IMG/VR virus record: IMGVR_UViG_3300021256_000056 | Location: 131,096 to 195,095 of that record | Origin: a virus | Lineage: Duplodnaviria > Caudoviricetes | DNA: 64,000 nt | Reading direction: 5' to 3' (one strand) | Shown: in pieces, positions 57,180 to 64,000 of the stretch | Numbering within the stretch: the stretch's first letter is position 1 | How the letters are laid out: each line of letters starts with the position of its first letter | The notes under the pieces: model-generated | Told to the model about the DNA's origin: nothing | The model's input: only the letters and a program-made list of their open reading frames with translations | Databases searched by the model: none | Made by a program: the position numbers and the translations under genes

Positions 57180-57839
57180 ATGAGAAAATTAATTGATAAA
57201 TGGGTGGATAAAAAAATTCACCGATTAACAGAAAATAAGGACCTTTTAAGAGGTGTAAAAGACGAAATAATGAAACCCTTCGCCAAAGCCCTTAAAGTCT
57301 TCGTAGAGCCCCATTATGACGTCTTAGTGAAGGATTATGAGGGCGAACCAGAATACTTCAAAGTTTTCAACATAAAACTCTTTAAAAAACCTCATTTTTT
57401 AATAAGCAAACCATGGAAATATATTAAGCTCAATTATACTTTCAGGTTGGGTGAATTTGTTATATACGGATTACCAGAGGCAAGTGCGGTTTTTTATGGA
57501 AAAAAAATTTCCGTAATACCGTATATACCCCACACTAACACTACGAGCAGCCATAATTATTGGCTCTCAATACTTGAGTACACAGAAGGCCATGGAGTCC
57601 ACGCGGGGAGTATTATTAAAACGGTAATGTACCTCGGAAAAGCCAGCATGGGTATTCAATTTAACGAATACAACCCTCATATAATGGAAGTATCCGAAGG
57701 TTCAGATACAATACACGCTGATGCTCCCAACTCCCTTTATTTCATTGTCGACAGGTCGTACATTAAATCAGACTATCAAAACGATTATGATTTTGCGGTA
57801 AAAAGATACAACCAAGAAGAAAGTCCTCTAATGATTTAG
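57180..57839 (+). CDS. Hypothetical protein
   Basis: 219-aa ORF with own promoter, antisense to the structural cluster. Confidence 0.7.
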   Translation: MRKLIDKWVDKKIHRLTENKDLLRGVKDEIMKPFAKALKVFVEPHYDVLVKDYEGEPEYFKVFNIKLFKKPHFLISKPWKYIKLNYTFRLGEFVIYGLPEASAVFYGKKISVIPYIPHTNTTSSHNYWLSILEYTEGHGVHAGSIIKTVMYLGKASMGIQFNEYNPHIMEVSEGSDTIHADAPNSLYFIVDRSYIKSDYQNDYDFAVKRYNQEESPLMI

Positions 57840-59827
57840 AAACTTTCTAATTTTTCCGCCGTGATTTGTGGCAACAAATATTTACCCGTATTTCGCAAGA
57901 CTTGGTCAATGGCAACATTAAGCGCTGCTCTCCCACGTTCTCTTTGATAGGCTACCAAATAGCAAAACTCAAGAGCGGGAATCCCCTCTTTATATTTTTT
58001 AAGATAATCCACTGTTTTGTATATGGCAGGTGCAATGAAGGCAAAATTATAATAACATCTCTTTAATTCATTTAATATGTTAGGATAATAACGAAGTTTA
58101 TCTTCAATCACACTCCACTCCTTCTTGCTTATCACTTTCCTATCATCATTCCACTTTAAATTTTTGATACGCTGTAGAATATTGTTACCGAAACCCGTTT
58201 TTTCCATAACAATCTTCAACGTGCCTACCAATTCGTCCCACTCGTTACCGACTGATTGTCCAACGGCAAAGGGAGTGATATTTAATAATCGAAAAGCAAC
58301 CTTTTCTAAAATCATATCCATTGTGATACCAAATTTAGTATCACCGATAAGGCCTAGAAACCATTTTTTACCGTTATCGGATAATTCAACTCCCGTCCTC
58401 CTTTCAATGACATTCATCAGCTTTGCACTATATTGGGAAAGATTTGTATTTTCATTTAATGCATCCGTTTGCTCTTTTTTGACTATCTTGATGTTTTGCG
58501 GGTTAAATATCATATAATTATGGAATTTTTCCCCCGTAATACCATTATCAGATAATATTCTCAAACCAACATAGCCCCTAGAATCCAAGTATTCTGATGC
58601 GTCTTTATCACTACCAAGTATTGAACTAATTGTATTATAAACTTGAACTCCATTATCAGCCTTTTCTATATATTGGCACTCCATATCCCAGAACTCCTTT
58701 TCATGGCCAGCATATGCTTCTTTACCATAATCGGTTTGAAGGTAATAATTATAGAAATCCCTAGCTATTTTTCTAACTTCTATTGGTGAAATTACTTCAC
58801 TGTCAAGGAACCTATTCCCTGTTATTTCCGCGGTATACATATAATGTCCTGCAGAATATTCCCTTGCCGTTTCTGGGTTGTCACTGAGATATACCCCGTA
58901 ACCATAATCGGCCTGGCCAACGCCCGTTAAAACATATTTCAAATCAAAATAGTCAAAATCACTAAAAGAGCCATGATATAATGTTAAAGGCTGCTTTGGA
59001 GTCCTATTTTCGTATAGTGAATTATATTCGTTACCAAGACTACCTCTCGAATAATAGTTATATAAATCATCAGATAATTCAGAGAAATCCAAGCCAACGT
59101 AACGCTTATCGGCGCGTCCATTCCTACCACCCAAGAAATCAACATCTATAATGTCCTGAGCATGATATTCACAAAATTGTCTCACTTGTTGCAATTGTTC
59201 CTGTGTTGGGTATTTTCCAAATTCCAAACTAACATTAGAAAAACGAACATTACCCAACTTGGTGAAATCCTCGCGATATTTTATTTCAGAACTTATTCTG
59301 AAGCAGGCATTATGGTCCCAACCAGCGTCCAGAACGGTTCCATCAGTTAAAATCCAACCGCGGAATTGCCCACAAGGACTATCTACTACCCCCATCACCC
59401 TTTTCGCAGCCTTATTAAGAGATTGTGGATTATGTATATCAACCTCCTCATCGCCTCTGTATTCTGAAAATTCAAATGAATGCTCACGCTCGTCCATACA
59501 ATCATTCAATATTGCCGCCGCAAGTGTCTCACCAAATTCATCTTCCATTTCAGAATAATTTAATGTTCCAGACTCACAAGTATGCCAGGTTTCGCCATTG
59601 AGGTAATCAATATCCCAATCACAATTATCTTTCACATACGCAAGCTTAACCGCAGGCGAGTCTTGTAAACCGTTATCTTGGAGATACTCTTCATAATAAT
59701 CCTCGTCAAAATTAAGCGTACAATTCACGCCCCCATAAAAGCCATTGTCAATAGCAGCCCCTTCTTTAAGAAGTGCCGCCCTTATCGCCTTTATTTGGCC
59801 TTCGGTTATTATAAGCTTCTTTTTCAT
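57836..59827 (-). CDS. Multidomain protein with central ART-PolyVal-like ADP-ribosyltransferase domain and N-terminal leader
   Basis: LYHGS..DFDYFD....TG.G...YGYGVYLSD...A..Y...ASEYL...GY.G...NYMIFNPQNIKI; MKKKLIITEGQ leader. Confidence 0.72.
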   Translation of the reverse strand: MKKKLIITEGQIKAIRAALLKEGAAIDNGFYGGVNCTLNFDEDYYEEYLQDNGLQDSPAVKLAYVKDNCDWDIDYLNGETWHTCESGTLNYSEMEDEFGETLAAAILNDCMDEREHSFEFSEYRGDEEVDIHNPQSLNKAAKRVMGVVDSPCGQFRGWILTDGTVLDAGWDHNACFRISSEIKYREDFTKLGNVRFSNVSLEFGKYPTQEQLQQVRQFCEYHAQDIIDVDFLGGRNGRADKRYVGLDFSELSDDLYNYYSRGSLGNEYNSLYENRTPKQPLTLYHGSFSDFDYFDLKYVLTGVGQADYGYGVYLSDNPETAREYSAGHYMYTAEITGNRFLDSEVISPIEVRKIARDFYNYYLQTDYGKEAYAGHEKEFWDMECQYIEKADNGVQVYNTISSILGSDKDASEYLDSRGYVGLRILSDNGITGEKFHNYMIFNPQNIKIVKKEQTDALNENTNLSQYSAKLMNVIERRTGVELSDNGKKWFLGLIGDTKFGITMDMILEKVAFRLLNITPFAVGQSVGNEWDELVGTLKIVMEKTGFGNNILQRIKNLKWNDDRKVISKKEWSVIEDKLRYYPNILNELKRCYYNFAFIAPAIYKTVDYLKKYKEGIPALEFCYLVAYQRERGRAALNVAIDQVLRNTGKYLLPQITAEKLESF

Positions 59828-60957
59828 TATATTACATAGATTCCAAGAGGAGTAAGTTTTTGAATCTCGTGATTTTGCTGCATGAGTTCTGCATTCTCCT
59901 TCATAATATTTACTGGCTTAAGGGCCTCAAGACGCTTATCAAGCCTGTCCATCGTTTGTTTCCACTCTTCATTACCCTGTTGGAAAAGCATCTGATATTC
60001 CAAATTTGCTTCAGCCTGAGGAATATTTACTTTGCCCTGATATTTACCGCGAATCCAACCCAACGTTGTCTTGGCTTTAGCTACGAGAAGCTGACGAACA
60101 ATAGCCTTTGTCGGGTCGTTCAAAAATGCATAGTCAAGTTTAGAAAGGGGAACCTGGTCAGGGGAAAGAACAACATCATCAGCATGTGCCCTTATACAGT
60201 TATCCTCGTCCTCTTTAGAAGAAACGTCGTAATATGTATACCAAACCTCACAACCAATAAGAGAAAGTGCGCCAGCTGAACCGTTCGACATACCAAACGT
60301 TAATTTACTACCAGGTGTGGACATAAGATGAAGGAGATGAGTGCCATCAGGACCAGCCGTCACCTTGTAAACGAGGTCACTTCTCAAAAGTCGGTTTTTG
60401 TAGTTAATATCCGTAGAAAGATATGCAACATCAGCAGCGGGTGCAGTGTAGAATCCACCAACGGGTCCATAAGCGCCGCCACCAAGCTGTGCATAACCGC
60501 CACCAAAACCTATATCAATACCACCATAATTAGCGAAGAGAGCGGCCTGTGTTGTAGAGGGGTTTACATACATAACCTTATTGATTACACGACCAGCGGG
60601 AATAACATAAACCTGCTTTCCTTTTTCAATGGTAACAAAATCCTTTTTCAGTTCCCAAGGGCCCTCCTGTTGCAGGCCAACTTGTTTTGAAAACCAATAG
60701 GAGTAATCCTTGGTCATGTCAAGCGTACGCGTTGAAAGCGCAAACGCCATATCCTTTGCATTAAGGGTCTTCCCATAAAGAGTAATCCACTGGGTATCAA
60801 TCTTCCAGTTACCAACCCTTTCAGCATAATCCTCCATGCATATATCTAAAAGCTCACAAAGCTGCTCATCCTCAAGTTCAACTTTCCTAACTGGAGCACC
60901 GAGGCTTACACGAACTTTTCTAAAAACATCTTTTACTTCGTCTGTTACTTTTGTCAT
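59827..60957 (-). CDS. Neck protein (T4 gp13-like)
   Basis: LGAPVRKVELEDEQL, VRQLLVAKAK..LG.IRGKY. Confidence 0.75.
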   Translation of the reverse strand: MTKVTDEVKDVFRKVRVSLGAPVRKVELEDEQLCELLDICMEDYAERVGNWKIDTQWITLYGKTLNAKDMAFALSTRTLDMTKDYSYWFSKQVGLQQEGPWELKKDFVTIEKGKQVYVIPAGRVINKVMYVNPSTTQAALFANYGGIDIGFGGGYAQLGGGAYGPVGGFYTAPAADVAYLSTDINYKNRLLRSDLVYKVTAGPDGTHLLHLMSTPGSKLTFGMSNGSAGALSLIGCEVWYTYYDVSSKEDEDNCIRAHADDVVLSPDQVPLSKLDYAFLNDPTKAIVRQLLVAKAKTTLGWIRGKYQGKVNIPQAEANLEYQMLFQQGNEEWKQTMDRLDKRLEALKPVNIMKENAELMQQNHEIQKLTPLGIYVI

Positions 60958-60979
60958 AATTGTGACTTGTTTTTATTAT

Positions 60980-60988
60980 ATAAATAGT
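60980..60988 (-). promoter_or_regulatory. Putative late promoter ACTATTTAT
   Basis: ATAAATAGT upstream of ATG 60957. Confidence 0.75.
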
Positions 60989-61023
60989 CTCAATGGCGCA
61001 TTAAAAACAAATGTTGGATTTCG

Positions 61024-61045
61024 AACTATTTATTAATAAATAGTT
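61024..61045. promoter_or_regulatory. 22-bp perfect palindrome made of two inverted late-promoter motifs
   Basis: AACTATTTATTAATAAATAGTT, 8 nt before terL ATG. Confidence 0.8.
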
Positions 61046-61053
61046 AACGGAAT

Positions 61054-62931
61054 ATGATTGACTACGATTTATTAAGGGAGGAATATGTTAAATGTATTAG
61101 TGACACCAGTCGCATATACATGATTGAACATTACCTCAAGACATATGACGCCACCCAGAAAAGAGAAGTGCCATTCATGTTATTCCCAAGACAAAAAGAC
61201 CTTTGCCAAACGTTGGGTAATGCCAGTAACGTTGTTACCACGAAAGCCCGTCAGATGGGTATCACCACAACCGCAGGCGCATTCATAGCATGTGAAATGG
61301 GGCTTGCAGACCCCGAGTCTCCACAAACAGTTCTAATTATTGGTAACACAATAGACCTGGCGCAACAGATGCTAACCAAAATAAGGGATTTCCTACTACA
61401 ATTTCCCTGTTGGTTGTGGGGCGATGAATTTATCAAACCAGACACAACAATGGACAGCGTCCCAACAAAAAAACAGATATTCAATATTTGCAACACCAAG
61501 GAGTTAGTCCTAAAGAACGGATGTCGAGTAGTAGCGCGTTCCTCAGGCCCTGATGCGTCTCGAGGTGTCGGTGGTGTTACATGGCTTATTTTTGACGAAG
61601 CGGCCTTCATTGAGAACGGACGCGATGTCTATACATCTGCACTACCTACCGTATCCACTGGTGGACACGTGATTATGATATCCACCCCCAATGGTAAGGA
61701 CCAGCTATATTACGAAACCTGCCGCCTAGCAAAACTTAAAGGAACCAAAGATTGGAACGAGTTTGAGCTCGTAGAAATGAAATGGTATCAAGATTTGAGA
61801 TATAATAAATTTCTTGAGTGGACAAAGAAAAACACCGAAACGGGAGAGGTTGAAGTATATAAAGAGCCCACAATTGATAATGAGGGTAACATTAAGTACG
61901 ACCAGGCCCACTGGGACGAAATGCTTAAGGACGGCTGGATGCCACGTTCACCTTGGTATCTTAAAATGTGTCACCAGTTCAATAATGATAGTATGAAAAT
62001 TGCACAGGAACTTGACGTTTCGTTCTTGGGCTCTGCCGCAAACGTTGTTGAGCCAGAGGCGATTCAAATGCAACTCGACCTGAACGTCAGGGAACCACTA
62101 TACGTCGACCCGCTTTGTGAAGATACGTGGATTTGGAAAGAGGCTATTGAAGGCCACAGATATTTAATGTCCATAGACTGCTCCCGTGGTGACGCTGCGG
62201 ATAGAACCGCAATTGAAATTCTTGATATGGATGGCGTCGACGATGACGGTACCCCATGCTTGGAACAGGTTCTCGAATATCACGGCAAAAAACTAGGCGA
62301 TACGATTGGTGAGATGGCATTCCATTATGGTAGGATGTATGGGGAGGCATACGCGGTTGTTGATTGCGTCGGCGGCACAGGTGACGCTTGCGTGCTTATG
62401 ATGCAGCGCCTTGGTTACAAGAACCTATTCTATGATGATGTAAATCTTAAAACATACACCATACAAAGAGAGGCATCTTCAATACCAGTTTCTACCGAAG
62501 GCAGGGCGCCTGGCTTCCACACAAATGCCGTTCGCGACCAAATGTTAACTGGATTTGCCGATATGGTTAGAACTAACGCTATCAAAATTCGTTCAAAACG
62601 CGTTATCGCGGAACTTGACACTTGGATTTATAAGGGTCCCTCCGCACGTATCGACCACCAGGATGGGTGTCATGACGATACTCTAACTTGTCTCGCGATG
62701 GGTACGTTTGTCATGAAATTCAGCATGAATAAACTTATTGCGGCAAAGAACAGAGATAAGGCCCTACTCAAATCTTGGGTTGCGGGGGTTAATGTTGAGG
62801 AAAGGCCTGTATCCACTAAGGCTGGAAGCATCTCAGTGGCCCCAAAACGCCACGCAATGCCCATATATTCAAACAACATGGTATCAAACAGCAACCCCAT
62901 CTTTGATGCATATAAATGGCTAATCAAATAA
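61054..62931 (+). CDS. terL: Terminase large subunit
   Basis: FPRQ, KARQMGITT, IFDEAAF, ISTPNG, QELDVSF, SIDCSRGD..D, HDD nuclease motifs. Confidence 0.93.
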   Translation: MIDYDLLREEYVKCISDTSRIYMIEHYLKTYDATQKREVPFMLFPRQKDLCQTLGNASNVVTTKARQMGITTTAGAFIACEMGLADPESPQTVLIIGNTIDLAQQMLTKIRDFLLQFPCWLWGDEFIKPDTTMDSVPTKKQIFNICNTKELVLKNGCRVVARSSGPDASRGVGGVTWLIFDEAAFIENGRDVYTSALPTVSTGGHVIMISTPNGKDQLYYETCRLAKLKGTKDWNEFELVEMKWYQDLRYNKFLEWTKKNTETGEVEVYKEPTIDNEGNIKYDQAHWDEMLKDGWMPRSPWYLKMCHQFNNDSMKIAQELDVSFLGSAANVVEPEAIQMQLDLNVREPLYVDPLCEDTWIWKEAIEGHRYLMSIDCSRGDAADRTAIEILDMDGVDDDGTPCLEQVLEYHGKKLGDTIGEMAFHYGRMYGEAYAVVDCVGGTGDACVLMMQRLGYKNLFYDDVNLKTYTIQREASSIPVSTEGRAPGFHTNAVRDQMLTGFADMVRTNAIKIRSKRVIAELDTWIYKGPSARIDHQDGCHDDTLTCLAMGTFVMKFSMNKLIAAKNRDKALLKSWVAGVNVEERPVSTKAGSISVAPKRHAMPIYSNNMVSNSNPIFDAYKWLIK

Positions 62932-62979
62932 TATTTGGAAAATTAAGAAAAATAATGTATTTTTAACAAAAATATAAAA

Positions 62980-63957
62980 ATGGCAAAAAATCAATTAAAT
63001 GAAATGAAGTCACTCATTAACCGTATGGAAAATCCACAAAGCGGTTGGGCGACGTTGATACAAGAAGGAATATCTGAGCTAAACGCACAAGATAGAGAAG
63101 ACGTTCCTACTGACCAATTTTTTGATATGGTCGCTGGAATGCGCGGCGGCTGTAAAGCCACAATTGGCTATATATCAAAAGCCAGCCTTGCATATCCACA
63201 GGAGAAGAGGCTTAATCCAGCAACTGGCAGAATGAAAAATTTCGATGATATGGCAAGCTTCGGAAAAGCACTTGGCGAAGAGAAGGAAATTGTGGGCGTT
63301 ATTAAATTTGGATGCTATACTCTAAACTGGAGAAGCCCCAAGAACATGAACAAGCATTATAATCGCGACTATGTTGATGTTGTCAACCCAATTCGTTCAA
63401 AATATGGTTTATCACCAATAGAGAAAAGAAAGGGTTATACCGATACCGCCGATTTTGGAAAGGGAGGAATAAGTGTTTATAATGGTGGAAACGAAGAACT
63501 TGCGGGACACTCTTACAGCCCCCAGGATATCGGAGGAAAAGATGTAACTAAAAAAGAAGTTACATATTATCTTATTTTCTCGGATGGAAGCATGAAAGCC
63601 GTAGAAGATATCAACCTTCTTAAGCCCTATTTTAAGGAAAGGTCCGTTAGTGGAGTCGGCGAATTGAGGAAGCTCGGTAAGAGTGATGAGGAGATAAAGG
63701 CATATGCCGACGAAATTGCCGCAGTTCCATTCAAATACACACAATTCGAACACTCTTCCGTTGTATTTGTGATAACAAAGGTTAATGGAGAGGAAAAACG
63801 CTATTTCAACGATAATCTCAGAAATATCATCAAGGATGTGACCATAAATCCTGAAGAGTTTGTTAATATTGCTAAACAAAAATATCAAGTTGAAACACAA
63901 AAGGTCGATAATGACCTTGGGGAATTCGAAGACGAGTATCCCGAAGTTGGAGAATAA
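62980..63957 (+). CDS. Hypothetical protein with leader motif, putative head protein
   Basis: MAKNQLNEMKSLINRME...LIQE N-terminus. Confidence 0.7.
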   Translation: MAKNQLNEMKSLINRMENPQSGWATLIQEGISELNAQDREDVPTDQFFDMVAGMRGGCKATIGYISKASLAYPQEKRLNPATGRMKNFDDMASFGKALGEEKEIVGVIKFGCYTLNWRSPKNMNKHYNRDYVDVVNPIRSKYGLSPIEKRKGYTDTADFGKGGISVYNGGNEELAGHSYSPQDIGGKDVTKKEVTYYLIFSDGSMKAVEDINLLKPYFKERSVSGVGELRKLGKSDEEIKAYADEIAAVPFKYTQFEHSSVVFVITKVNGEEKRYFNDNLRNIIKDVTINPEEFVNIAKQKYQVETQKVDNDLGEFEDEYPEVGE

Positions 63958-64000
63958 TTTGAGAGTTTCAAAAAAAAAAATAAACGCGAGGGGTTAACCT

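Noticed and set aside
61243-61272. TerL inactive because Walker A reads RQMGIT instead of GKT
   Set aside because: All other ATPase and nuclease motifs are intact and the paralogue has the same variant (RQAGIS), so it is more likely a lineage trait
423-63900. Numerous short antisense or alternate-frame ORFs in the track
   Set aside because: They are shadows of longer motif-bearing genes and lack promoters or recognisable motifs
1-64000. Stop-codon recoding (TAG=Gln, as in Lak phages)
   Set aside because: Long genes are intact in code 11. TAG ends polB, sigma and the 3D gene at sensible positions, followed by promoters or terminators.
1-64000. CRISPR array, tRNA or rRNA genes
   Set aside because: No regularly spaced repeats or cloverleaf-like sequence noticed, and intergenic gaps are short. 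tRNAscan was not run.

Overview
A 64-kb AT-rich segment of a jumbo, T4-like myophage, probably infecting a Bacteroidota host and using the standard genetic code. Virion genes (portal, TerL, neck, sheath, tube, tape measure, baseplate hub/wedge/spike) are scattered on both strands. They are interleaved with replication and metabolic genes: family B DNA polymerase, SNF2 helicase, dUTPase, GMP reductase/IMPDH, three glycosyltransferases, NADAR, a metallophosphoesterase and a gp55-like sigma factor. Two oriented promoter classes are visible: host-type Bacteroidota TTTG-N20-TAnnTTTG before non-structural genes, and a phage late motif ACTATTTAT before 17 mostly structural genes or operons. The most notable candidate system is a set of late proteins sharing an N-terminal leader that ends in [LI]-x-E, a putative capsid-targeting and prohead-protease signal. 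The leader is fused to varied cargo: two ADP-ribosyltransferase-like domains (one in an apparent polyprotein), a GP88-like Cys-rich protein, a WYL domain and a 3D muralytic domain. Also seen are a nuclease-less terminase ATPase paralogue, a likely +1/-2 frameshift before the tape measure gene, an IS1595 remnant and an origin-like palindrome cluster. All family calls come from motif recognition by eye; no searches were run.
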